DNA from: Gemmatimonadales bacterium
Lineage (GTDB): Bacteria > Gemmatimonadota > Gemmatimonadetes > Gemmatimonadales > GWC2-71-9
Assembly (NCBI GenBank): GCA_037189525.1
Contig: JBBCJC010000002.1
Span: forward strand, 224,001-288,000
Direction: 5' to 3'
DNA: 64,000 nt
The stretch's first letter is position 1. Each line of letters opens with the position of its first letter. Below the pieces are notes generated by a model. It worked only from the letters and a program-made list of their open reading frames with translations, was not told where the DNA came from and ran no database searches. This document shows, piece after piece, positions 18,780-29,657 of this stretch. The translations under genes were made by a program, and so were the position numbers.

Positions 18780-21700
18780 GTGATCCCCTTCCCCATGACC
18801 GCAGTGGCGGGGAGCGCCTGCGTCAGTCCGGCAACGAGGTCCCGGAAATCGAACGAGGGCACGTCACGCTGGAAGTTGTGGGACAGGTACGTCATCGGGA
18901 GGAACTGACCGAGTCCCTGGAGATCGGCAGGACCGACCATGCGCAGCTGGGCGAGAGTCCCCGCTTCGCGCACCACCTCGATCAGCTCGTCGGTCGACCA
19001 AGCCGGCGCCGCCCCATTGCCTGGTACCGCGAGGAGGACCGCCTGGGAGGCGCGGCTCCCCGGCGCGTCGTAGTGGAACGCCAGACCGGTGGTCTCGGTT
19101 GCCCCAGGAATCGTTTCGACCCACTCATCAGCCACGATACCCGCCAGGTCCGCATCGAGATCGGCGCCGGCGGGCGCATACGCCACAATAGCCAGCCGCG
19201 CCTCACGCGGTTTCGAACCTCCGTCCGGCAGCCCCATCCAGGGCGTACCGTCCCGATGCGGGAGCTGCCAGGCCCGGAACCGCGCTGCCGGCACCACGCC
19301 GCGAACCAGCTCCTGCCCGGTGAGCAGCCGCTGCACCGGCTCGACGCCGGGTCGAACCATGCCCATCCGCTGAATCCATTCCCGAATGACGAGCCCATCG
19401 CCCACCAGCGCGGCGCGATCGTCGTCGCTGGCCGAGAGCTCGCTCGAACCGGTTCGGAAGGCGGGCAATACGGGGAAGGCTTCGCCCAGCACAGTCCGGA
19501 TCCGGGCGACATGATCCGGTTCGCCCTCGGTATCCTCCAGCTGATCCAGCGCCGCGACCGCGGGTCCCAGCACCGCGAGGGCAGCGACAGCAATCGGACG
19601 TAGCTCCGCCGCTGCACTGGGAAGAGGCGGCGGATCGAATCCGGCAGCCTTGGCCTTGGTGATGGCGCGCCGGAGCGCGGCGGCCGTGGGATTACGCGCG
19701 GCAACCACGTCCTCGAGCGCCTCGAACGCGGCGCGCGCCGCGGCCGCGATCCGATCGGCGCGGGTTCGCAGTTCGGCCACCCGAATGCCCTCCTCGGCCG
19801 GTTGCTCTGGCAACGCGAGGTCCGTCGCCGTTGCCGTCCGGCGGCCTTGGAGTAATGCGGCCGCCCGTTGCAGCAACAGTTCGGTCGAACGGAATCCCAA
19901 GGTGCCGGCTGCTGCCCCCGTCGGCGGCCCGGCCAGCACCTCCAGCGTGGCGCCCTCACCCGCCTCGGCGAGATGTCCGGCCCAATGCTCCCGCAACGCC
20001 GTCTCGAGCCCGCTCTGCCCGCCGGCACCCGGACTGCTCGCAGTAACCAGAAGCGAGATCGGCGACCGCTCGAGATCGGTTACAACCGCCGAGAGTTTGG
20101 TAAGCTCCGCACCGGCCCGAACGATGCGACCGGCAAAGCGGATCTTTGCCGGCGCGCCCAGCAGCCCCGCAACCCACGCATTGACGCGTGGCTCCGCCTG
20201 CGCCCGGGCATCCCGGAGCGCGCGCCAGCCGGCACCTTCGTCGGTCGCGGAGAGGAGGAGCAGCAGGCGGTACTGGCAATCCGATCCGCTCCGAGTGGTC
20301 CGCGCCACAGCCAGATCGACCGCGCGCTCCTGCCGATCGAGTATCGCCAGAGCCGCCCGCGCTCCCGCTGGGCGGCCCAACACCATCTGATGCACCGATT
20401 CCGCCACGACCAGGTCACTCACGGCATCGAAGCCGTCGTCGATGGCTGTCAGCTCCGCAGTGAGCCCGTTCCGGTCGGCCGGGGTGCTCGCGCCGAGCTT
20501 GGTCAGGACGGCCGCGGGATTGCGCCGCCACTGCTCGAGCAGGGCGACGCCATCCACCACGTCGCGCGCTGCACTCTGTTCGACCGGTCCGGTCGGCGGC
20601 GGCTCGCCGGGACTGCGAAACGGCGCCAGCTGCCGGAGCGGATAGATGAAACGCGCCAGGCGGGCATCGCGATCGCGCAACCCGCGTTCCAGCCGGTAAC
20701 CGAGCAACGCCGCAAGCGATTGCCCGCGCGCAACCCCTTCGAGCAGCGTCAGACCGCGCCGAACCCGGGTCGAGGTCAGATCGATGTTGAGGAGTTCCCG
20801 CTTCCCGTCCTCGTCATGCCGGTGCGCCAGATGGCCGCTCCGCAGGATGGCGAGCGTTTTGGCCTGCTCCAGCGACGGCGCATGGAGGTACCCCAGACTT
20901 TCCGGCTCTCGGTCGGGCCGGACATCGAAGACCCATCCGTACCCGCCGAGGTGAACCCCATCAGCCCGCTCCTTCCGCAACTCCTTGAGCCGCAGCGTGG
21001 CAAGCGACGTCACCCAGGCATCGAGACGGGTGGAAAATCCGTCCAGCACACCCCGGAACGCCCACTCCACCTCGGCTGCGGGGCGCGTCGCGAGCGCTTC
21101 CAGTGCCGATACGAACCCTGCCAGCTGGGCAACGTCCGGGTCCGCGCGCCGGCCCCGCTCGTTCAGACGGTGCGCCACATGTTCGGCGACAGTGCGCTGC
21201 CCGGTCGTTGCGGGGATGACGAGATTGGCCAGTTGATGTGGCGTCGAGACCGTGACGGCATCCCCCTGCCCGGCCGGCGCGGCGGTGAGAAACATCATCT
21301 CACCGGCACGGAGGGCGGCCCGGGTCGGCGCGGCCGTGCCTCGACGCGCCTGGTCCGCAGCAACCACGCGCGCCGCCGCCCGATCGATTTCCAGCACGGC
21401 GGCGTGAGCAACCAGCGCTTCCAGCAGGGTCGGCGCGTTCTGCCGATTCGATAGCTGCGCTCTGCCATCGGGCGCCCGAACCAGCGCCGCGATCTCGGCC
21501 AGATAGGCGAGCGGCGCGTCGTCAGGATGATCGGCCGGACGGGTCCACGGCACCGCGAGTGGGAACGACCGGGGATCGGTGGTAAAGTGCTGCAACCGCA
21601 CCGGCGCCGAAAAGCCGCCCAACTGGCGTCCCACCATGCCGGCCAGCACCTGCTGCGCCGTCGCGTGAGCTTCGAGCCCGGTCACGTTGGTCTGCATCTC

Positions 21701-23308
21701 GGGCCCGTAGACGTGCCGGAACCGCGCCCGGCTCGCCACCGGCGCCTGCTGGAGAATCCGCGCCAGCTCCGTATCGGGGTCGCGGTCGGGCCCGAGCCGA
21801 GGCACGGCGGGAAGCGCGGCATTCCAGGCAGCGCGGAGGCGCTGCAGGAGCTGATGCAGACCGCTTTCAAAAGGATCGCCGGTTTGCGAGACAAATTGAC
21901 CTCGCGCCATAATGGGCAGCACCCCGTACGGTTGCGGCCCCGTCCGGAACGCCGGAATCGGCCCGCCGGGTCGCACATGCTGGAGCACGTGGCCGCGGGC
22001 CTGCGCGACCGTAGCGTCATCGAGCAGCGGGTCCATCAGCTGATCGAGATAGTAACCCGCGGTGGCCTCCCAGACCGCCGTGAGCACGAGGCCGGCGGTG
22101 GCCTCTTCGCTCGATGACGCGCGTGTGGCGTGCTCGAGCCCGGCCTTACCTGCCGGCAATCCCAGAGCGGTTTCGAGCACCCGCGCTGCCGAGCTGGCGC
22201 CCAGCTTGGGCAAAGGCGCCGCCGGATCGAACGCAGCCGTCAGGTCGGCATCTTCCGGGGACCCGGCCCGCGCCGCTTCGGTCGAGTTGGTTGGCGTCCC
22301 GGCCGCCGGAAAACCGAACCCATCGGCATGTACGTGTCCGCGGAAGAGATCGGCCAGGTCGGTTGCAGCCTGCTCCGGTGTTTGCGTCCAGTCCACCCCG
22401 ACCACCAGCAGCTGATCGAAACCGAGTTGCAGGGGTCGGCTGTCGAGCATATCAGCCGCTTCAATCGTGACGGCGAGCCCCTGCGCAACGGCAGCGGCGT
22501 AATCCACCATCCAGCGAGCCGCAGGATCGAGCGGCAGACCCTCGTCTGGAGTGACGGCCTCCTCGGTGTCGTCCGAGTCAGCCACCGGATCGACAGCCAG
22601 ACCGACAGCGACCGAATCGGGCACATGCTCGCCCCATTTCCGGGCCGCCACCTTGACGCCGCGTAGACCGACGATCAGCCATCGATCCGGCAGCGCACGA
22701 GCATGGGCACCCTCGCGCCAGGCCGCGTCGCGCAGCGTCGGATCAGGAAACGCCGGCTCCGCAGACGTACCAGCCGCCTCCTGGTTCGTCGGCGCCGTCG
22801 CATCGGCGACCCAGCGCGCTCGCCGCGGACCGAGCATGCGGGCCAGTTCCTGCCACGCCGCCGTCGTTCGGTCCCTTTCGCCGGCCCAACGCTGAGTCCA
22901 GTACCATCGCCCCGCGTCCACTTCGGCCTGGGTCAGCGCGGGCTCATGCTGATCGACATGAATCTGATCAGGAAAGATCCGGACCCGGAGCGCCTTTCGG
23001 TCGGCGGTGAATCGGGTCTCCAGTCGCACCGGCAGGAGCGCGATCGGATAGCCGGCTGCGAGCCCCGCCACCAGTTCGTCGGCGCCGCGGTCGCCCTCCA
23101 TTTCGTTACTGAGTTCGCGAATCCTGTCGCGGATCGCATCGAGCCGGCTCCGTCGGGTGACCACGTCGCGCGCGAGCGTCGCCACTCGGGACGGGGCCGC
23201 CGAGCGCTCGGCCGCGCTCAGAAGCCGCGCCGCGCGGGCCAGCGCCGCTTCCGCGTCGGCCAGGTCGGCGCGGGCCCGCTCGAGTTTGGTGAGTCGCGAG
23301 TCGGGCAT
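18776..23308 (-). CDS. Large hypothetical protein, ~1510 aa (gene 4)
   Basis: Start reassigned to ATG 23308 (MPDSRL), 2 nt after the upstream stop. N-terminal coiled-coil-like segment, then LLPVRLETRF, RLDAWVTSLA, and C-terminal DEWVETIP...AFHYDAP. Confidence 0.85.
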   Translation of the reverse strand: MPDSRLTKLERARADLADAEAALARAARLLSAAERSAAPSRVATLARDVVTRRSRLDAIRDRIRELSNEMEGDRGADELVAGLAAGYPIALLPVRLETRFTADRKALRVRIFPDQIHVDQHEPALTQAEVDAGRWYWTQRWAGERDRTTAAWQELARMLGPRRARWVADATAPTNQEAAGTSAEPAFPDPTLRDAAWREGAHARALPDRWLIVGLRGVKVAARKWGEHVPDSVAVGLAVDPVADSDDTEEAVTPDEGLPLDPAARWMVDYAAAVAQGLAVTIEAADMLDSRPLQLGFDQLLVVGVDWTQTPEQAATDLADLFRGHVHADGFGFPAAGTPTNSTEAARAGSPEDADLTAAFDPAAPLPKLGASSAARVLETALGLPAGKAGLEHATRASSSEEATAGLVLTAVWEATAGYYLDQLMDPLLDDATVAQARGHVLQHVRPGGPIPAFRTGPQPYGVLPIMARGQFVSQTGDPFESGLHQLLQRLRAAWNAALPAVPRLGPDRDPDTELARILQQAPVASRARFRHVYGPEMQTNVTGLEAHATAQQVLAGMVGRQLGGFSAPVRLQHFTTDPRSFPLAVPWTRPADHPDDAPLAYLAEIAALVRAPDGRAQLSNRQNAPTLLEALVAHAAVLEIDRAAARVVAADQARRGTAAPTRAALRAGEMMFLTAAPAGQGDAVTVSTPHQLANLVIPATTGQRTVAEHVAHRLNERGRRADPDVAQLAGFVSALEALATRPAAEVEWAFRGVLDGFSTRLDAWVTSLATLRLKELRKERADGVHLGGYGWVFDVRPDREPESLGYLHAPSLEQAKTLAILRSGHLAHRHDEDGKRELLNIDLTSTRVRRGLTLLEGVARGQSLAALLGYRLERGLRDRDARLARFIYPLRQLAPFRSPGEPPPTGPVEQSAARDVVDGVALLEQWRRNPAAVLTKLGASTPADRNGLTAELTAIDDGFDAVSDLVVAESVHQMVLGRPAGARAALAILDRQERAVDLAVARTTRSGSDCQYRLLLLLSATDEGAGWRALRDARAQAEPRVNAWVAGLLGAPAKIRFAGRIVRAGAELTKLSAVVTDLERSPISLLVTASSPGAGGQSGLETALREHWAGHLAEAGEGATLEVLAGPPTGAAAGTLGFRSTELLLQRAAALLQGRRTATATDLALPEQPAEEGIRVAELRTRADRIAAAARAAFEALEDVVAARNPTAAALRRAITKAKAAGFDPPPLPSAAAELRPIAVAALAVLGPAVAALDQLEDTEGEPDHVARIRTVLGEAFPVLPAFRTGSSELSASDDDRAALVGDGLVIREWIQRMGMVRPGVEPVQRLLTGQELVRGVVPAARFRAWQLPHRDGTPWMGLPDGGSKPREARLAIVAYAPAGADLDADLAGIVADEWVETIPGATETTGLAFHYDAPGSRASQAVLLAVPGNGAAPAWSTDELIEVVREAGTLAQLRMVGPADLQGLGQFLPMTYLSHNFQRDVPSFDFRDLVAGLTQALPATAVMGKGIT

Positions 23309-23310
23309 CG

Positions 23311-26292
23311 TCAGCCGATCAGGTGTGAGGCGTGGATGGCCACCCGGGCCGGCTGCTGCAGCATCAGCGCCGCCTGGTGCGCAGCGTTCTGCCCGAACTG
23401 CGCCGTGCCCGCCGTATGACCCTGCAACGGGTTCTGGTCGAGCACCAGATAGCGACCGGGTCCGGTGCCGGCATCGAGCCACGTCGCGCCGCGCCATTCC
23501 GCGGGCAGCGCGGCAATCGCTCGGGGTCCCGGTTCATCGAATCCGAACCGCGGTTCGGTAGGCTGCTCCTGGATCACGAAGAAGAACCCATCACCCGCCA
23601 CCGCCTCTTCGTCCGTCAGGTCGAAGCCCGCAAACGCGAGATCGGGTTCCAGCCGGCCGGTGAAGACGGGAGCCCGCAGGTCGTCGCCCGTCGGGTTCCG
23701 CTTGAGCCGGCCCGCCGCGGCGCGCCAGGCGTAGAGCACGGCATTCGGATACCGCGACAGGAGCCGGCCGCGCACCAGCAGCACCAGCTGCCCGCCAACC
23801 GACACGCCGCTATGACTGCCTAACACAGAGTTGTCTCGCCAGCGATGGATCGGTTCGATATCGGGCCGGCCGTCGATGCGGTCCCAGAAGTACCGGAGCG
23901 CGGTAGCTCGGCCATCACTCGGGAAGCGGCGCCAGAGCAGCTCGCCATTGAGCTCGGTGTTTGCGCCGGCAAGGAATGCCTCGATGAACCGCGGATTGGT
24001 TTCGAGCAGCGTGATGGCGTTCGGCGGAATCCCGTCCGCCCCCGGCAGGAACCGGTTCCGATCGGTCTCGGCCAACAGCCGATAGAGCGGCGTCTCGATC
24101 ACCGGCGCGGCCATCACCCGGTCGAGCGTCTCCGGCACCCGGATGGCCTCCATCCCGGCAAGATCGAGTTGCCCGGCAACCGAGACCATGGCCCGGATCC
24201 GCTTCGGCACCGTCACCGCGGGATCCGTCGCCGATCGGACATCCGCAGCCAGCGCTGAGAGCTCGAGCGGCACCAGCGGCGCCCGGGGCGTCGCGACATC
24301 GACATGGAGCACCTCGAACGTCTGCGCCCGCGCCGTCTCGAACCGCCGCACTGCGGCCGCAGCCTTCACCAGCCCCTCGACCGGAGCAGTGGTCCGACCG
24401 AGTCGTCCGCCACGCGCTACCCGGAACGGGCCACCGGAGGTCGTACCGGTCGTCCGCGTCAGGATCACGGTCCCATCGGTGCGGAGCGCGGCATCGAGCG
24501 CAGCCCGGGTAACCACACCCTCGGCGCCAAGATCGCTGCGTGCGGCCAGGACGGGATTCTGTGCCCGCGTACCGGTCAGCGCTCGCGCCGACGTGCGCAG
24601 CAAGGCAAGCTCGTCCCGGTCGACCTCCAACGCGAGCCCAAACGCGGCGAGCGACACCTTCGAGGTTCCCATCGGCTCCGGCACGGCGGCATTCAGCGCG
24701 ACGCTGCCCAGGATACCATCGGGCACGAACCCCGCCGGATCGACACCGCTCCAGCCGGCGGCAAACATGGCAACCATCTTGGTCCGCGCCGGCGCTCGGC
24801 TGCCGGTGCGCCGAGCCAGGCGTTTCAGAATCGGACTCTGGCCGCTGGTGAGGCGCCGCATGGCCGCCCCGACCGCCGCATCGGGCACGCTGCTGCCCGC
24901 GATACGCCGTCGCGCAACCGCCCCCGCCGATCGCACCCGATCGAGCAGTGGCGCCGCAACCGTCGCGAGTCGATCCGGATCCAGCGGCGCCAAATGCCGT
25001 GTGTGCAGCTTGCGCAACCCTTCGAATGCCAGTCGTCCGCGGCTCAGGAGTTCGTTGGCCTTCAGGATATCGCCGACCTGATCCCAGCAGACCCGCATGA
25101 AGTCTTCCTGATACGTCCGCACCACCTGCGCACCGAGGCCCGCTGCCACCCGGGCCCGCGGATCGAGATTGAGTGCGCGGAACCAGGGCGGCGCGTCATC
25201 CGGCACCAGATAGCGCCGAGCATGCTCCGCCGCGTAGAGCGGGGGCGCCAGCGCTCGGGTACGCGCCTCGCCGTCATCGGCGGCGCGCAGCCGTTCCGGC
25301 GCCTCGACGATGTCCCGGAGCCAGGTCTGGAACGCTTCCGCAATCTCCTCCAGCGCCGGCGGCCGGCCGCTCGGCGCCCGCAGTACGCCGTCGAGCGTGG
25401 TCATCGCGTCGGCCGGCGTCAGGGTGAGCCCCGGCACGTCCGGCGCCGCAGCGCCCAAATACATCGGCTCCGCACCAACCGTGGCGGGGTCAGATTGCAT
25501 CGGCCGAAGTTCCCGCGCCAGCGACTCGAAGTCTCCGCCGGGACCGGTCGCAAACTCCCAGTGGTAGTACACCGGCAGCACCAGATCGCTGGACTGGTTC
25601 GCGTCCCACGCCGGGGCCAACGTGGCGTTGGCATCGGGAGGATTACCCACGCCGCGCAGCCGTCCCACCTCGAACGCCGGAACCAGACACGCGGCATACC
25701 GCCGCCCGGCCACGAGTCGGCGCGGGCAGACCAGTCGCGACACGTTCCGCTCCGGCCGCTCGGCCAATTCGCCGGCGAGTGCCGCGGGCGCCGTCGCCTC
25801 GGTCAGCAGCTGCGCATGGGCCCAGGCCCAGCTTTCGGCCAGATCCGGCAGTTCCGTGGCGACCGCCTCGCGAGGCACGATCACGATCGGGAGCGGCGCC
25901 CCCCGCGGCAACGTCGGCGCAGCGACCACCTCCAAATCGACCACGACCAGCACACACCAAGGCTTCAGTTGCTCCGAGCCGTCCGGTCGCGCCGGCGTGA
26001 ACAACCAGGGAAAGTCCGGCGGATCGAACTCGATCGCCGCGCAGTAGTTGGGTTCGGCGTCCGTACTCCCCCGCGCCGGGTCGGTGCGCACGATGAGCCG
26101 GGGATCGACGCCCAGCACGTCACCGGGGCCGATGAGTTCCAGGTTGATCTGATGCTCGCCGAGATTGGAGACGGTGAGCGCTACCCCCACGCGAGCCCGG
26201 GCCGGCAGCGGCGTGGTACCGTCGTCGACAGCCTCGACCTCCGCGACCAGGCCGCGTCGGGTCCAGGGCAGAAATCGATAGGCATCGGCCAT
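23311..26292 (-). CDS. Large hypothetical protein, 993 aa (gene 3)
   Basis: Long ORF 2 nt from both neighbours. Motifs YRFLPWTRRGL, DFPWLFTP, PVYYHWEFATG, ELLWRRFPSD, FVIQEQPTEPRFG. Confidence 0.85.
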   Translation of the reverse strand: MADAYRFLPWTRRGLVAEVEAVDDGTTPLPARARVGVALTVSNLGEHQINLELIGPGDVLGVDPRLIVRTDPARGSTDAEPNYCAAIEFDPPDFPWLFTPARPDGSEQLKPWCVLVVVDLEVVAAPTLPRGAPLPIVIVPREAVATELPDLAESWAWAHAQLLTEATAPAALAGELAERPERNVSRLVCPRRLVAGRRYAACLVPAFEVGRLRGVGNPPDANATLAPAWDANQSSDLVLPVYYHWEFATGPGGDFESLARELRPMQSDPATVGAEPMYLGAAAPDVPGLTLTPADAMTTLDGVLRAPSGRPPALEEIAEAFQTWLRDIVEAPERLRAADDGEARTRALAPPLYAAEHARRYLVPDDAPPWFRALNLDPRARVAAGLGAQVVRTYQEDFMRVCWDQVGDILKANELLSRGRLAFEGLRKLHTRHLAPLDPDRLATVAAPLLDRVRSAGAVARRRIAGSSVPDAAVGAAMRRLTSGQSPILKRLARRTGSRAPARTKMVAMFAAGWSGVDPAGFVPDGILGSVALNAAVPEPMGTSKVSLAAFGLALEVDRDELALLRTSARALTGTRAQNPVLAARSDLGAEGVVTRAALDAALRTDGTVILTRTTGTTSGGPFRVARGGRLGRTTAPVEGLVKAAAAVRRFETARAQTFEVLHVDVATPRAPLVPLELSALAADVRSATDPAVTVPKRIRAMVSVAGQLDLAGMEAIRVPETLDRVMAAPVIETPLYRLLAETDRNRFLPGADGIPPNAITLLETNPRFIEAFLAGANTELNGELLWRRFPSDGRATALRYFWDRIDGRPDIEPIHRWRDNSVLGSHSGVSVGGQLVLLVRGRLLSRYPNAVLYAWRAAAGRLKRNPTGDDLRAPVFTGRLEPDLAFAGFDLTDEEAVAGDGFFFVIQEQPTEPRFGFDEPGPRAIAALPAEWRGATWLDAGTGPGRYLVLDQNPLQGHTAGTAQFGQNAAHQAALMLQQPARVAIHASHLIG

Positions 26293-26294
26293 GG

Positions 26295-29200
26295 TCAGGC
26301 CTCCTCCTGCTGCTCGACGACACGGAGCGCCGCCCGATCGGCCCGCGCACCGAGCGCAGCCTGCGCCAGGCTCACCGACCGGATCCCTGCATCGGACAGC
26401 ACCACGGCCTCGGCCGGCGCATTGAGAGTCTCCGCCGACACCACCGCGAGCGCCGGTGCCGTCACCGCGAGGCGGGGGGCAACCGCCGGACCGCCGAGCT
26501 CGCTTCGGATCGGCGAACGCGCCACGGCGCCCGCTTTGGCCTGCCAGTTCACCGTCGCCGTCGACAAGGCGCCAAGCTCTGCCAGCTCCGCACGCAGCCA
26601 GGCCCTCGGCCGAGTCGGCTCCTGGACGCCGGAGAGATCGAGATAGAACGTTTCGTAGTCGAGGTCGCCCGACACGGCGGGACCGGCCGAGAATCCCGGG
26701 CTGCCCACCGCGACACCCGCCGGGAGCGGTTCGAACGACGGCAGAGACAATTGTTCCTCGGGCGAAACATCGAAGAAGTGGCTCCGCGCAAACGACTCGG
26801 TCACCACCGGCGGTTCCTGCAGCACTCGGCTCCCGATTCGCAACCCGGCCAGATCGAACCGATTGGCGCCCTGGACGGCAGTTTCGCCGAATCGCTGAAG
26901 CGTCAGGTTGAACGGCACCACGCGCTGGGTGAACGACAGCGCGGCAAGCGGATGCGCCGGCACGGCATCGGGCGTCGCCCCGCTCGCGAGCGTCGCCAGC
27001 TCATCGGCGCCCGCGGGAAGCGCGGCCCGCCAGTTTCCGGGATCCCGTAACGACTCGGCCAGCAGCCCAGCCACGTCCGTACTCCCGTCGAGCGCCGGGG
27101 GCGCCGCCTCGCCCCAGTCGATGTCGAACGATTTACTAATGTCCCACCAGAGGATCTCGAACGTCGCCGTGCCCCAGAGCCGCCAGTAGCCGGGGCCCTG
27201 CAGCGTAGCCGCGACGTCGACCCCGGCGAGTGAACGCCCTTTATAGGTGACCCGCGCCACGATCACGACCTTGAGCACGAACATGTCGCGGGTGAACAGA
27301 CCATCGACCTCGAGCTTGCCCTCGAGTCCCACCGGACCAAGCTTGGCCTTGGCCGACCCCTTGAAACCGATCTGGAACGAGTTGGAGGTGACGGCCAGGT
27401 AACCCGAGATCTCGATCGTGAATCCGCCCCGCTTGATGGGCGAGATGCCGAGCCGGGCCAGCGACGACGGCATCCCGGGCGGGAGATCCTTGAAGTCGGG
27501 ATGGAAGCCGCCGAACGCGAGCAGGAACGCGCTCGTTTCGCCCCAGTCGATGCGCAGCAGGAAGGAGCCCTGGAGACTGAGCCCGCCGATCTTCGAGTCG
27601 CGCAACTGGGCCAGGAGCCCGAACTGCTTCGCCACCAGATCGAGGTGGCCGAGCACGTCGACCTTGAGCTGCAGGATCGGCTTGGCGGGCGGCTCCGGCT
27701 TCACCACACTCACCGTGCCGAAGAGGACGAGCCGCGCCAGTTTGATCTCCTGCTCACCTGGCAGAGCCCCGTCGATCTGCGCAATGATGCCGAGCCGGGC
27801 CGTCACCAGCTTCTTCGAGAGATAGCGAATCTCCACGAACGGCCCGACCGTGAGGCTTTCCGCGCTCACCGGGAACGCCGTTCGGAGCCGCGGCAGGATC
27901 CGGGGCGCGTCGGCCACCGGATCTTTCGGGAAGAGAATGTCGTCCAGTACCCCGCTCTTGAGACCGGCCTGGAGCGCGGGAACGTCCGCGCCGTGATTCA
28001 GACCGATCATCCCGCCCACGCCGTTCAGCGTGAGCCCCCAGAAGAGGGGATATCCCTTATCCCACTGTACGAAGAGGAGAAACAGCACCGACCATGTAGT
28101 GCGCTCCTCACCAACCGGCGCCTTGGTCGAAATGATGACCAGCGCCTTGAGCTGCGGCTTGACGAACTTGATGTCGAGCACGCCCGCGTACTCGCCCGCT
28201 GCGGGATCCCACCAGAGGAAGCCGCCGCCCTTGATCGGTCCCTTGGTAATCGAGAGCCCAAGTCCTTTGGGCGACAGGAACCCGGCATCGTAGCCGAGCC
28301 CACCGATCCGATGCGCGGGCGTCTCGTCGTCCTCGTCGCCGATCAGCGCGAGGTCGAGGCGGAAGCCGGCCCGGTCCACCACCGCGGTGAACGGACCAAG
28401 CGGGAAGGCGATCCCCGCCGCCAGCGTCAGGGCCAGGCTCCTGGGCCCCTTTCCCTTTTCGAGGCCGAGTTCGAGATAATGGAGACTGAACCGCCCCTTC
28501 GAGGTGGCGACCGGCAGCCGCACCACGAAGCGAGTTCCACCCTCCAGATGCACACCGGTCGACGAGTCCAGCACCAGCGCCGTCGAGAATGTGCTCCGCA
28601 CTTCGGCGCCCGACAGGTTCTTGAGCAGGCCGTCACTCTCGCCGAAAGCCAGCACCAGGGTCGCTTCTTCCGCACCGAGGCGGAGGCGCGCACCGTCGGA
28701 ACTGGCCTCACTGGCGACGCTGAGCCGGTTGATCTCGATCCGGCTCCCGGTCTTCGAACCGATCCGGAAAGCTTTGTCCCGTCCTTGGCTCCAACGAACG
28801 CGAAGCTGCGCCTGCGGATTGGTCCCGGCCCGAAAGCCGACTGGCGACACCAGCAGATTGAGGGCGTCGGCCAGCGCCGTCTGCACCACGAACCGATGCT
28901 CGCCGGTGCCGACGTCGAACCCGACGCTCCCGCTCAGCGAAACGACCGCGCCTCCGCCATGACTGCCGGGAATGGGCACGATCGTGAGGCCGACGGCCAG
29001 TTCCGGATTGTCCAGGTCGTGCAGCACGAGGGTCCCGGCTCGGCCGGTGGCCAGATCCGCGAGTGGCGTGGGCGAGTCGGGCTCGGGATCCCACCCGTAG
29101 TGAACCCGGAGCCCCAGACCGAGCTTCTTGAGCGGCTCCTCGAACCGCGGCGCAAGCTTCCACAGCCCGATGCCCGTCAGGGCTGCCCACCAGTCGAGAC

Positions 29201-29657
29201 GAGGGCTGTCGCTTTCCACATCCGTGAACGCGGTGAGCAGCCGGTTGAGCGCCAGCTGCTTTACGGCTTCGGGGTCTTCCGTCAGGACACCGAGCGCCCG
29301 CCCCGCCGCCGCAACGCGCGGGGCATGCAGCTCCAGCAGCTCCGCAGAGGAAGTTTCCGCGATGATGTGGAAGACATCCCAGCCGCTCAGGTTGCCGCGG
29401 GCCAAACCCCCGCACACGGCGACCAGCGTCTGCCCCACCATCAGCAGGTCGTCGAGCACCGCCTCGGTCTTTTCCCGGCTCCGCGCCAGCACCTGCCGCT
29501 GCTCGTCCGTCAGCTTCGCACCGGTCTTGAGGCCGAGCTCGGTTTGGACCCGAATCTGCTCGGGGGAGTCGCCCAGATACTGCTCCAGCCAGAGCCCCAT
29601 CCGATCGACCAGGGTCTTGATCCACTCGAGCAGACCGGTGTCCTTGTCCTCAGCCAT
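26295..29657 (-). CDS. DUF6603-like beta-strand-rich protein, 1120 aa (gene 2)
   Basis: GLGLSITKGPIKGGGFL...EYAGVLDI...TLNGVGGMIGLN...FGGFHP...GYLAVTSNSFQIG, recalled as the DUF6603 signature. Long run of amphipathic beta strands. Overlaps the upstream stop by 8 nt. Confidence 0.7.
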   Translation of the reverse strand: MAEDKDTGLLEWIKTLVDRMGLWLEQYLGDSPEQIRVQTELGLKTGAKLTDEQRQVLARSREKTEAVLDDLLMVGQTLVAVCGGLARGNLSGWDVFHIIAETSSAELLELHAPRVAAAGRALGVLTEDPEAVKQLALNRLLTAFTDVESDSPRLDWWAALTGIGLWKLAPRFEEPLKKLGLGLRVHYGWDPEPDSPTPLADLATGRAGTLVLHDLDNPELAVGLTIVPIPGSHGGGAVVSLSGSVGFDVGTGEHRFVVQTALADALNLLVSPVGFRAGTNPQAQLRVRWSQGRDKAFRIGSKTGSRIEINRLSVASEASSDGARLRLGAEEATLVLAFGESDGLLKNLSGAEVRSTFSTALVLDSSTGVHLEGGTRFVVRLPVATSKGRFSLHYLELGLEKGKGPRSLALTLAAGIAFPLGPFTAVVDRAGFRLDLALIGDEDDETPAHRIGGLGYDAGFLSPKGLGLSITKGPIKGGGFLWWDPAAGEYAGVLDIKFVKPQLKALVIISTKAPVGEERTTWSVLFLLFVQWDKGYPLFWGLTLNGVGGMIGLNHGADVPALQAGLKSGVLDDILFPKDPVADAPRILPRLRTAFPVSAESLTVGPFVEIRYLSKKLVTARLGIIAQIDGALPGEQEIKLARLVLFGTVSVVKPEPPAKPILQLKVDVLGHLDLVAKQFGLLAQLRDSKIGGLSLQGSFLLRIDWGETSAFLLAFGGFHPDFKDLPPGMPSSLARLGISPIKRGGFTIEISGYLAVTSNSFQIGFKGSAKAKLGPVGLEGKLEVDGLFTRDMFVLKVVIVARVTYKGRSLAGVDVAATLQGPGYWRLWGTATFEILWWDISKSFDIDWGEAAPPALDGSTDVAGLLAESLRDPGNWRAALPAGADELATLASGATPDAVPAHPLAALSFTQRVVPFNLTLQRFGETAVQGANRFDLAGLRIGSRVLQEPPVVTESFARSHFFDVSPEEQLSLPSFEPLPAGVAVGSPGFSAGPAVSGDLDYETFYLDLSGVQEPTRPRAWLRAELAELGALSTATVNWQAKAGAVARSPIRSELGGPAVAPRLAVTAPALAVVSAETLNAPAEAVVLSDAGIRSVSLAQAALGARADRAALRVVEQQEEA

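Noticed and set aside
23309..23497. N-terminal 63-codon extension of the 1573-aa ORF
   Set aside because: It overlaps the upstream gene. ATG 23308, 2 nt after the upstream stop, is the better start.
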